Below, piece after piece: positions 1 to 9,493 of a stretch of DNA of 36,193 nucleotides. Every line of letters starts with the position of its first letter. The first letter of the stretch is position 1. The position numbers and the translations under genes were made by a program. This DNA is from Octopus bimaculoides (taxonomy: Eukaryota): contig NC_068984.1 of the NCBI RefSeq assembly GCF_001194135.2, forward strand, positions 9,706,857 through 9,743,049, read 5' to 3'. The notes below the pieces were generated by a model that was not told where the DNA came from, did no database searches, and was given only the letters and a program-made list of their open reading frames with translations.

Positions 1-115
1 AAACAGGTAGGATATTTGGGTTGGATACGGTTGGTTTAAAAGCGAAAAGGTTAAAAGTTGAAATATTTGGTTCTTAACTTTGCTTGAACATGACTTCAAT
101 CACAAACCATTAATG

Positions 116-365
116 TCATCATCATCATCATCGTTTAACGTCCGTTTTTCCATGCTGGCATGGGTTGGACGGTTCGACTGGGGTCTGGGAAGTCAGGAGG
201 CTGCACCAGGCCCCAATCTGATCTGGCAGTGTTTCTACAGTTGGATGCCCTTCCTAACGCCAACCACTCCAAGAGTGTAGTGGGTGCTTTTTACGTGCCA
301 CTGGCACAGAGGCTAGAGGAGCTGGCATCGGCCATGATCAGATGGTGCTTTTTACATGCCACGAA
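116..365 (-). mobile_element. RTE-tailed SINE / RTE 3'-end copy (family A)
   Basis: Reverse complement reads ...TGGTTGGCGTTAGGAAGGGCATCCAACTGTAGAAAC...CCAACCCATGCCAGCATGGAAAAACGGACGTTAAACGATGATGATGA. The same tail recurs more than ten times in the window and ends the RTE LINE at 25757-26705. Confidence 0.85.
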
Positions 366-383
366 AAATATATTGAAACACTT

Positions 384-751
384 TCATCATTAATATTTAG
401 TGTCCAGTTTTCCATGCTTGCATGGGTCAGACAGAATTTGATGAAGCAGATTTTCTACAGCTAGATACCTTTCCTGTCACCAACCCTCACCTGCTTCCAA
501 GCAAAGGTAATATACTTCCCCATGGCCAGACAGATTTTCACAAAAGACTCAAAAGGAACAACATAACTGGCTCACATTCAGGGCTGTGGAGGTGGAGTCA
601 TGGAGTCGGAGTCAGTAAAATAGACCACAATCACTTAATTTCATAGAGGAGTTGGAGTCAGAGTCGGAGGTGCCAATAGTAGAGGAGTCGGAGTTTTGCG
701 TTTCAACTCCATGGCCCTGCTTACAATCATCACAAGATGTCAAGACAAGGG
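384..751 (-). mobile_element. RTE-tailed SINE, second body type (family B), interrupted by a hAT MITE
   Basis: Tail TTTCCATGCTTGCATGGGTCAGA, body CCAACCCTCACCTGCTTCCAAGCAAAGGTAATAT, resumes after 719 as TTACAATCATCAC...GTCAAGACAAGGG. Homologous copies at 3493-3750, 19590-19730, 24330-24505 and 25385-25640. Confidence 0.75.
579..719. mobile_element. hAT-type MITE (CAGGGCTGTGGAG family), short copy
   Basis: TIRs CAGGGCTGTGGAGGTG / CAACTCCATGGCCCTG (13/16). Flanks CTCACATT / CTTACAAT (6/8, possible decayed 8-bp TSD). Internal sequence is shared with 5721-6045. Confidence 0.75.
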
Positions 752-861
752 TTCACATATACATGCACACACATGCAGGTGCACATGCAACACACACACA
801 TGACAGGCTTCTTTTGGTCTCCCTCTATAAATCCAATCATGAGGTTTCAGGTGAGTTCAGG

Positions 862-957
862 ACTACAGAAGACGCCCAAGGTGCCAGATAGTGGGACTGA
901 ACCCAAGACCACACAACTGGGAAGCAAACTTCTTAACCACACAACTATGCTTGCACT
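862..957 (-). mobile_element. tRNA-derived CORE-type SINE head (family C), fragment
   Basis: Reverse complement contains the A-box-like GTTGTGTGG, B-box-like GGTTCAGTCCC and the CORE-like GGCACCTTGGGC motif. Confidence 0.75.
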
Positions 958-1884
958 TATTTTTTAAAAAATGTATTTTTTAAAAAATGTATTTTTTAAA
1001 AAATATACATGAAAAACAAAAAGAAAAATCTCTGTTAATTTGATTGCCGTGAGTTCATGTTAGTGCATTTGTGTTTAAAGAAAACAAACAATTAAAAACG
1101 ATTTAAAAAGATGATTATTGGCACATAAGACATTGGAACGTGTAATAATCTCGGTAATCTTAGTTTCAGGAACAGAGAAACGGTTCAGTGAGGTTAATCA
1201 TTTTGAATTCACACAAATCACAGCTGCTACTTCCTCCTTCTCCCCCCCCCTCCTCCTCTTCCTCCTCCATATTATGTCTTGGAAATTCAGTGTTGTAAAA
1301 CTGTAGTAAGTATGAGGTGAACCGGGTTAAGTTCTCTGCCAAGATGTCACAGTACTTAATGTAATCATTTCCGGAAGTTGGCACGAACAACAAAATCCAG
1401 ATTCTTAAATGAAAGAATTGTGAATTGAACAAATAAACTAAAATAGAAAAAAAAAAGAAAAAGAAAAAGAAACACTAAAACTGCCAACCAACCAACCAAA
1501 CATGTCCGCCAAGCAAATAATAATTTGAACTGCAAGCAACTGGCCAATGAGTTCCTTCAGTAAAGGACACTGCTAATAGTAAACTACACCCGACGCACAC
1601 ACTAACTACACATTCAACAGGGTGTTATTAACAACACAAACAAGTCGTACCATTCCAACATCAGAATATACATTAACACAAAGTATATCGTAAGTGAAGC
1701 ACACATTGCTAAACATGTCTCTTCTAAAACGGAAAATGAATACAAGCTATATGGTATCATACAACAGGATGTAATCCAAACTCAAAACCGTATGCTATAT
1801 ACAACAGGAACCACAAAGAGGAAATACAGAACAGGCTTGGCCCCAATAATCAAGATGTTGTTGTTGTTGTTATTGTTGTCATTG

Positions 1885-2252
1885 TTATTACCTCCGCCTT
1901 AGTGACGGCGGAAGTATTGTTTCCAGTCATGTTGGTTTGTTTGTTTGTCCGTGGACAAGATATCTTAAGAACCGCTGGATGAATTCATATGAAACTTTTA
2001 GGGATATTTGGCCTCGTGACTGGCACAAACTGATTAGAATTTGGGATCAATCCAGTACCAGACAAGGATTCTGGATTATTTTTCCTGTTTTTTTTTTTTA
2101 TTTAATTTTTGAGAGCGGTCAATTTCATTTTTAGTATTCTCATTTGTGAGAGTAGTCAATTTTTTTTCAGATATTCTCATTTTAAAAATCATCTCTGGCT
2201 AATCGTTGAGAGGACGTTGGCAGAGGCTTCCACTCTCTGAGTGCTCGTTAGT
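1885..2252 (+). mobile_element. Helentron-associated non-autonomous element (DINE-1/pearl-like architecture)
   Basis: 5' TTATTACCTCCGCC...GGCGGAAGT hairpin (1890-1915), then (GTTT)n, then a 3' sub-terminal partner TGGCAGAGG, a short hairpin CACTCTCTGAGTG and a TAGT end. An internal piece recurs at 18091-18255. Confidence 0.65.
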
Positions 2253-2277
2253 ATTATCATTATTATTATCTTATTGT

Positions 2278-2450
2278 GGTGAGTTGGCAGAGTTTTTAGC
2301 ATGCCGGGCAAAGTGCTTAGTGAAATTTCATCTGTCTTTACATTCTGAGTTCAAATTCTGCTGGTTTACTTCGCCTTGCAGGGTCAACAAAATAAGTACA
2401 AGTCCAGGAGTCCATTTAATCAACTTAGCCCTTTCCCCAAAACTGCTGAC
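2278..2450 (+). mobile_element. tRNA-derived SINE (family D, GCGAGCTGGCAGAA head), diverged
   Basis: GAGTTGGCAGAG...TTCTGAGTTCAAATTC (B box) matches the cleaner copies at 17930-18090 and 23593-23820. Confidence 0.75.
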
Positions 2451-2616
2451 CTTGAGCCAAAATTTGAAATTATTATTATTATTATTATTATTCAGCAGCC
2501 TTATTTTCATCACATGCTTTCACAGCACCACCGTGCACAGCTCTGTGTGCCTTGGGTATATGCTGTGGCTTGTTTTGGAGCACTTATTGTCACTATATTG
2601 AAAGTATTTTACATAG

Positions 2617-3291
2617 GATGTGTGCAGTGCCTGCGCTGGTATGGTCATGTGCTGCCAGTGGACAAGGAGAGCTGTATAAAAAAAAGTGTTGCACCCTAGC
2701 AGTTGAGGGAACCTGTGGAAGAGGTAGACCCAGAAAGACCTGCAATGAGGTGGTGAAGCATGACCTTCGAACATTGGGCCTCACCGAGGCAATGACAAGT
2801 GACCGAGACCTTTGGAGGTAGGCTGTGATTGAGAAGACCCAGAAACTAAAGGGAGATCGTAGCCATGGCCAATGCCAGTGTCGCATAACCAGTCCATTTA
2901 AAAGAACCCTTCGATCATTGCAAAGACCTGTTGAGGCAGGTGAAATCGTCCTGGCCGATGACAGTATCGCCTGATCGGCACCCGTGCCAGTGACACCATT
3001 CGAGCGTGATCGTTGCCAGGGCCACTGACTGGCTCCCGTGCCGGTGGCATTTAAAAAGCACCATTCAAGCATGATCGTTGCCAGCGTCACCTGACTAGCT
3101 CCTGTGCTGGTGGCACGTAAAAAACACCATTCGCACATGGTCGTTGCCAGTGCCACCAAATTGGCTCCTGGGCAGGTGGCATGTAAAAAAGCACCTTTTG
3201 AGCATGGTTGATGCTAGAATCGCTTGATTGGCCCTCGTGCCGGTGGCACATAAAGGCACCCACTTCACTCTCGGAGTGGTTGGCGTTAGGA
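2617..3291 (+). mobile_element. RTE-clade LINE 3' fragment (ORF C-terminus plus 3' UTR with about 65-bp subrepeats)
   Basis: Translation across a frameshift gives LRWYGHVL..D.ESC.KK / C.TLAVEGTCGRGRPRKTCNEVVKHDLRTLGLTEAMTSDRDLWR, the typical RTE post-RT C-terminus. About 3.5 tandem units GATCGTTGCCAG...GTGCCGGTGGCA..TAAAAAGCACC at 3008-3240. Confidence 0.85.
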
Positions 3292-3378
3292 GACGCTTGC
3301 CCAAGGTGCCACGCAGTGAGACTGAACACGGAACCATGATGCTAAGCAACCTACTTACCACACTGCCACTTGTGCGCC
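3292..3378 (-). mobile_element. CORE-type SINE head (family C) fused tail-to-tail with the RTE fragment
   Basis: CTTGCCCAAGGTGCCACGCAGTGAGACTGAAC is the reverse complement of the CORE plus B-box region. Confidence 0.75.
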
Positions 3379-3406
3379 TATATACATACATACATACACA
3401 CTGTCT

Positions 3407-3408
<2 letters not shown>

Positions 3409-3490
<82 letters not shown>
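3409..3490. repeat. (TG)n microsatellite
   Basis: About 40 perfect TG units. Similar CA/TG tracts at 3962-3998, 4359-4383, 4822-5215, 11461-11488, 11934-12008 and 18915-18981. Confidence 0.95.
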
Positions 3491-3492
<2 letters not shown>

Positions 3493-3750
3493 TGTCCTTG
3501 TTTTAACATCATGTTATAGTTGTAAATGAATGTCATTGTTATACATGCAGTGTCACTCATTTCCAATATTCTGTAAGATAAAACCTGTCTGGCCATGGGG
3601 AAAAAATTTACTTAGCTTGAAAACAGGTAAAGGTTAGCAACAGGAAGAACATCCAAACACAGAAATCAGCTTCAATGAACTCTCTCTGGGCCATAGAGTA
3701 ATAGAAAAGTGGACATTGCAACAACAACGAAGATGATGATGATGATGATG
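3493..3750 (+). mobile_element. RTE-tailed SINE family B
   Basis: Body AGTTGTAAATGAATGTCA...GGTTAGCAACAGGAAGAACATCC and tail GTGGACATT...GATGATGATG. Confidence 0.7.
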
Positions 3751-3959
3751 AAATCACATGCATGTTGCAGAAGTATATAAGGTTTGTATAAGGCTGGCCA
3801 CAGTGTATGAGAGTGGGACAGACAGACAGACAGAGATAGAACTGAGACATCAACCATATCACATGTGCAGCTGAAGAGAACTAGTTCACAAGCAATTCAT
3901 AAAGACCCCTTTATATTAATAGTCCTAAATATTCACCTAAAGAAAAACAGCTGTTGAAT

Positions 3960-4000
<41 letters not shown>

Positions 4001-5180
4001 TGCATACAAATGTATATGTACCCATGTATGTCTTTGTGTGTGTATATATGTATGTATATTGGTTTGCACATGCATGGATGTATGTACATATTTTTGTGAG
4101 TATCCAAGCACGCACACACACACACACACATGCACATACATACGACATTGCAAAATACCAAAATTCCAGATAAGGATCGATGAAGCGGCACACATTACAG
4201 AAATCTTCAGCAAATTGAGGCAGGAAAAATCTTTGTAAATAAGAGTCTTTCACGCCACAGTTGCAGAAAGGAAAAGAGAAAAAAAAATGTCCCAAAATAT
4301 CAGGATTAGAATTGTATATAGAACCAGTCACGAGAAAACTTAGGTATGCGCACAGATACACACACACACACACACACACACACTGTGTGTTTTTTGAAAA
4401 GGCTTACTGTCCTAGCCTACATGAACCGCAATGAGCCAATTAACAACACATCCGGCAGCAGGAATATTGCTGCGAAACTATAAAGGAGCCTATTNNNNNN
4501 NNNNNNNNNNNNNNNNNNNNNNNNNNNNNNNNNNNNNNNNNNNNNNNNNNNNNNNNNNNNNNNNNNNNNNNNNNNNNNNNNNNNNNNNNNNNNNNNNNNN
4601 NNNNNNNNNNNNNNNNNNNNNNNNNNNNNNNNNNNNNNNNNNNNNNNNNNNNNNNNNNNNNNNNNNNNNNNNNNNNNNNNNNNNNNNNNNNNNNNNNNNN
4701 NNNNNNNNNNNNNNNNNNNNNNNNNNNNNNNNNNNNNNNNNNNNNNNNNNNNNNNNNNNNNNNNNNNNNNNNNNNNNNNNNNNNNNNNNNNNNNNNNNNN
4801 NNNNNNNNNNNNNNNNNNNNNTGTGTGTGTGTGTATGTGTGTGTATGTGTGTGTGTGTGTATGTGAGAATATGTAGGTGTGTGGGTGGGTGTGAGTGTGT
4901 GTGTGTACGTGCGTATATGTGCATATGCTTGTGGGTGGGCGGCTGCTAGTGTGTATGTGTAAGTGGGTGCAAGTGTATGTGAATGTGTGCATGTGAATGT
5001 GTGTGGGTGGACATGTGTGTGTGTGTGGATGGACGTGTGTGTGTGTGTGTGAATATGTACGTGTGTGGGTGGGTGTGAGTGTGTGTGTATGCGCGTATAT
5101 GTGCATGTGCTTGCTTTTGGTTGCTAGTGTGTATGTGTAAGTGAATGTAAGTGTATGTGCATGTGAATGTGTGTAGGCGG

Positions 5181-5215
<35 letters not shown>

Positions 5216-5484
5216 TGAGTATGTTATTAATTAGCAAATTAAGACTGACATTGTACAAGCAGAGTAAAGGAGGTGATATCTATATCCTGTCACCAATGCT
5301 ACATTTCACTGTTTCATGACCAACACACTTAACTCTCAGCAGTCTACTTAGCTGTAAGTGGGTACCACAAAATGAAAAGGTCCACTACAGTAAACAACAT
5401 TACAAACTAAAGATTTTGTTTTTGTTTTCTTTTTTTTTTTTTGTTAGCCCCAATTACCAGAATCAGTTCTTCCGGTAGATTTGG

Positions 5485-6218
5485 GATAGAATTGGTGAGA
5501 AGTTTTGCTTCCCAACCACATGGTTCCAGGTTCAATCCGACAGCGTGGCACCTTAGGCAAGTGCCTTCTTCTATAGCCTCAGACCTACCAAAGCTTTGTG
5601 AACGGATCTGGTAGACGCAAACTGAACGAAGCCTGCCATGTGTATGTGTGTATGCACGTGCTTCTGTCTGTGTTTCTCTCTCCCACTACCACTAGATAAC
5701 CAGTGTTGGTGTGTTTACATCAGGGCTGTGGAGTTGGAGTCGGAAACAATTATGAGGTAGCTGGAGTCAGAGTCAGTAAAGCTATACCAACTGTGACTCA
5801 CAATATCTTTATGTTATAACATATAGGCCGACTCAAAGTACAAGAGTATGCATGTGCTTTATGAGATATGTAGACCACAATCAATTACATAAAGAGGAGT
5901 CAAAGTTGGAGTCAGAGGTGCCAATAGTAGAGGAGTCGGAGGTGCCAATAGTAGAGGAGTCGGAGGTGCCAATAGTAGAGGAGTCGGGGGTGCCAATAGT
6001 AGAGGAGTCAAAGTCAAAATGTTTTGTTTTGACTCCACAGCCCTGCTTTACATCCCCCATAACTTAGCAGTTCAGCAAAAGAGACTGATAGAATAAGTAC
6101 CAGACTTTAAAAGGAAAAAAAATGCTAAGTACTGGGGTCAATTCATTCCCCTAAAAATTCTTCAAGGTGGTGCTCCAGCATGGCCACTGTCTAACAAGAA
6201 ACAAGTAAAAGATAAAAG
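5485..6218 (+). mobile_element. Full-length CORE-type tRNA SINE (family C) split by a hAT MITE
   Basis: Head GCTTCCCAACCACATGGTTCCAGGTTCAATCC, CORE-like GTGGCACCTTAGGCAAGTG, (TG)n, AACTTAGCAGTTCAGCAAAAGAGAC, end GGTGCTCCAGCATGGCCAC...AAGTAAAAGATAAAAG. Confidence 0.85.
5721..6045. mobile_element. hAT-type MITE (CAGGGCTGTGGAG family) with internal 24-bp tandem array
   Basis: TIRs CAGGGCTGTGGAGTT / GACTCCACAGCCCTG (14/15). 8-bp TSD GTTTACAT / CTTTACAT (7/8). Four units of GAGGTGCCAATAGTAGAGGAGTCG at 5915-6010. Confidence 0.85.
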
Positions 6219-6364
6219 CTAACACAGTCTTGTTTTCAATTAAAGCAAATTAATTAAAAGCAGGGAACACAATTCTTTGTTGCATTTGGTTTTGTCCCTT
6301 GATATTCCAAGTTCTAATTCCATTCAACCTTGCTGTTGACCCTTCTAAAATCAATAGGTTATCG

Positions 6365-7629
6365 TTAATGTTTGTCATAACTTCACCCTTTTGGTTATTG
6401 AGTAAGTTGGGTGCTAAAGAATTGGTTATTTGGGGGTACAGACAAGAGTACATCAGTTATTTGTGAGTACAGACAAGTTGAGGTGGTTTGGCCATATGGA
6501 GAGGATGGATGAGGAGCAGATGGTAAGGAGAGTGATGAAGGCTGAAGTGGTAGGCAGACCTCGGTTTGTGTGGATGGATGGATGGAGTGAGGAAAGCTTT
6601 GGTGGTTACAGGTGTTGGAGTGAGAGGGGCAAGTGAGTTTATAAATGATAGGAAAGCTTGGAGAGTGTTTGTGGACGGATGAGTGAATTTTGATGTTGCT
6701 CAAAGGGGTATGGGACCAACATGATGTGGTGGGGGTAAACTAGCATATGCTGTCAGGCCCCTCTGCTGATATTGGGGGTTGGGAAATGAATGGAATGCCT
6801 GATGTGTGTCCTGCTGTGGCTACCCCCTCCTAAAAAAAAATGGGGAATAGGCCTGGGTATATGTATGCGCAGACAAGGAACTGAATTTTTGGGAAGCTAC
6901 AGACTGAGGACTCTCAGAACAAAGACTGGGAAATAGCTTTTGGGATTACAAACTGGAAACTAGATTTTCAGGTACTCTTCAGAATGGTATTGAAATGGAG
7001 TTGAATAGAGTAGTGAGAAATTCCCCAGTGATCACAGCTTGTAACCTAATTTTCATTCAATGCCTCATACAGAAAAGTACAATTATCACAACTCCAACTT
7101 TATTCTCTTAACATTTTATGCCTCATGTTTTGCAGGAATAAATAACAACTCTTATTCAAATGATTGCCAATGATCACTCACTGTGTTGTTAGCAAGGCCC
7201 ATGAAATCTAACATTATCTGCTCCTCTCTCTCACCAACCTAATTTATAGGTTTGTCAACTCAGACTTTAGTACCAAACTGCTAAAGGCACAGTTGCTGAC
7301 CTGTACTCAAAACACCCAGTTTTTGTCTGTGCCCTGCCAAGGGCTTATTTGTTATTCTTTACATCTGATCACCAAGCAGTATCCCGAAAGACCCAGAAAT
7401 CAATCTGAGCTCCTCTATAAAGACCCAGTTGCCAGTCTGTACCACAAAAGACTTAGTTCCCAGCCTGAACCTAAAGATTCAGCTCCCAGTTTGTAACCTA
7501 AATAAAAGGCCAAGTTTTTCAGTCTTTAGCCTCCAAAAATCCAGTTCCTAGTTTGCATCCCCAAACAACCAATTCTTTAGCACCCAACCTATTCAACAAC
7601 CAAAAGAATGATGCTATGACGTACATTAA
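6365..7629. repeat. Pair of inverted, diverged copies of an unclassified repeat with about 28-30-bp degenerate subunits
   Basis: The reverse complement of 6365-6446 plus 6878-6975 aligns to about 7470-7629, for example AACCAATTCTTTAGCACCCAAC and CAGTCT.TAGC.TCC.AAAAAT.CAGTTCCT. Confidence 0.7.
6447..6869 (+). mobile_element. 5'-truncated RTE-clade LINE (different subfamily) with 8-bp TSD
   Basis: Encodes DKLRWFGHMERMDEEQMVRRVMKAEVVGRPRFVWMDG (RTE C-terminus). Flanked by CAGACAAG at 6439-6446 and 6870-6877. Confidence 0.8.
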
Positions 7630-7700
7630 AATTAAGATAATAGCTGCACAACAGTTCAAATGGATATACAGAGGTTCGACAAAATAATGGAAACACTGAG

Positions 7701-7731
<31 letters not shown>

Positions 7732-7871
7732 GTTTAACGTCTGCTTTCCATGCTAGCATGGGTTGGACGATTTGACTGAGGACTGGTGAAACCGGATGGC
7801 AACACTAGGCTCCAATCTAATTTGGCAGAGTTTCTACAGCTGGATGCCCTTCCTAACGCCAACCACTCCGA
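7701..7871 (-). mobile_element. Family A SINE fragment inserted just inside the left Tc1 TIR
   Basis: (CAT)n-CGTTTAACGTCTGCTTTCCATGCTAGCATGGGTTGG...GCCCTTCCTAACGCCAACCACTCCG. Confidence 0.85.
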
Positions 7872-8011
7872 ATTTTGAAATATCTGTAAAACCATCAAAA
7901 GCTTGTTTGTTTTTGTTTTTTTATTTATTATTAATATTGCTTAGTATGTTTTACTAAAATTGCTGTTTCTTTTCAGATGTCATCAGGAAAAGGCAATTAA
8001 AATTCATTAAA

Positions 8012-9031
8012 ATCACAGATCTATCGGACTTTCAAAGAGGTCAAATTGTTGGTGCTCGTATGGCAGGTGCTAGTGTAAGGAAAACAGCCAAAATGTTTGG
8101 TGTATCAAGAAGTACTGTCTCGAAAGTAATGACAGCCTTTGAGAAAGAGGAAAAAACCTCCTTGTCAAAACAAAACTTTGCAAGAAGACCAAAACTTTCA
8201 GATAGGGACTGTCAGACTTTTACGCAAATTGTTAGGAAGGATCACAAAAGTACAGCTCCCAAAATTATTGCAGAGTTTAATGACCAGCTTGAGAACTCAG
8301 TTTCCACAAAAACTGTTTGCCGGGAGCTGCACAAAGCCAGATTTCACAGGAGGGCTGCAATCAGAAAACCACTACTTTCAAAAACAAACATTGCAAAGCG
8401 TTTAGAGTGGAGTAAAAACCTGCAGAATTGGTCTCTAGGGCAGTGGAAGAATGTTATTTTCTCCAACGTGTCATCCTTTACTTTATTTCCAACCACCGGC
8501 TGAGTATACGTGTGGAGACAACCAAATGAAGCATTTGACCCAGACTGCCTTCTTCCAACTGTTAAACATGGGGGAGGATCTGTGATGATCTGGAGGAGCT
8601 ATATCTTGGAAATCTGCCGGCCCAATGGCAGAACTAATAGTCAAGACTATTTAAGCATTTTACCTGATCAAATTCATCCTATGGTTGCAGAAATGTTTCT
8701 GGAGGGAAATGCAATCTTTCAGGATGATAATGCACCAATTCACACAGCTAAAGTTGTTACTGAGTGGCATGAGGAATATTCTAGTGAAGTTGAACATCTT
8801 ATCTGGCCACCACAGTCCCCAGATCTCAATATCATTGAACATTTATGGTGCATTTTAGAAAAACAAGTAAAGAATCGATATTCTCCACCATCATCACTAC
8901 AAGAACTGGAGACTGTTTTAGCTGAAGAATGGACAAAAATTCCTTTGAAAACAATTCAAACTTTGTACGAGTCCATACCTTGTAGAATTCAAGCTGTAAT
9001 TACTGCCAAAGGCAGTCTTACCCCATATTAA
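8012..9031 (+). pseudogene. Tc1 transposase pseudogene (about 340 codons)
   Basis: Frame begins (I)TDLSDFQRGQIVGARMAGAS, with the expected ATG seen as ATC at 8012. First catalytic motif FSDES is mutated to FSNVS. In-frame TGA at 8501-8503. A short frameshifted stretch after SVMIW (the shifted frame reads GAISWKSAGPM). FQDDNAPIH...SPDLNIIEHLW and a TPY stop are intact. Confidence 0.9.
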
Positions 9032-9493
9032 ATTAAATTTGTTTGAAATTTTAAGGTGTTTCCATTATTTTGTCCAACCTCTATATGTGTAGTTGATTAT
9101 ATTCAACCCAAAATATGACTGATACTTTGTTATTGGCCTCAAAAGGATTAACAGAAAAGTTGAATGAGATTTGAACTCAGAATATGAAAGAACATAACCA
9201 AATACCAGAAAGTATTTCATTCCATACTTTTAACAGATTTGCCATTCATCTTGATTTATGTCGTGTTTTTGTTGACAATACAATTAGCAAAAATAAAGTT
9301 AGATTTCTCCTGTCTTTTCTTAGTGAGTTTGATATTTTCTTGACATAACAAATAACACAAAGGAAATCTGGAATATGTATGAGAGAGAGCAAGAGAAAAA
9401 AAGAAGAGAAAAATAAAGAAAGAAAAGAAGAAACAAGGCAAAGAAAGGTAAGACACAGGATTTGAATAGAAGAGAAAATCAAGGGTTTCTTAC

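Larger units (their letters stand above)
7669..9083 (+). mobile_element. Full-length, inactivated Tc1-family DNA transposon (DD36E spacing)
   Basis: 28-bp TIRs CAGAGGTTCGACAAAATAATGGAAACAC (7669-7696) and its reverse complement at 9056-9083 (26/28). TA flanks at 7667-7668 and 9084-9085. Internal transposase. Confidence 0.93.

Noticed and set aside
1368-1383. ETS-like TTTCCGGAAGT motif suggesting a promoter
   Set aside because: A single short motif with no CpG island or other promoter evidence.
3871-3891. CTGAAGA-GAACTAGTTC as a hammerhead core
   Set aside because: It is followed by ACAA, not GAAA, and no stem I or III can be formed.
4417-4494. Unique-looking sequence left of the first gap as the missing downstream exon (frames NRLLYSFAAIFLL... 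or IGSFIVSQQYSCCRMCC*)
   Set aside because: No acceptor is visible because of the gap, and neither frame can be tied to the phase-1 junction.
3228-5106. Many ORFs rich in CV/HT/TH (for example 3228-3506, 3911-4213, 4417-5106)
   Set aside because: They are translations of (TG)n/(CA)n microsatellites and N gaps, with no coding signature.
9246-9493. C-terminal 80 aa of the 233-aa ORF (KKPLIFSSIQ...)
   Set aside because: This is read-through past a strong G|GTAAGA donor into a T-rich intron; the apparent hydrophobicity reflects poly-T.
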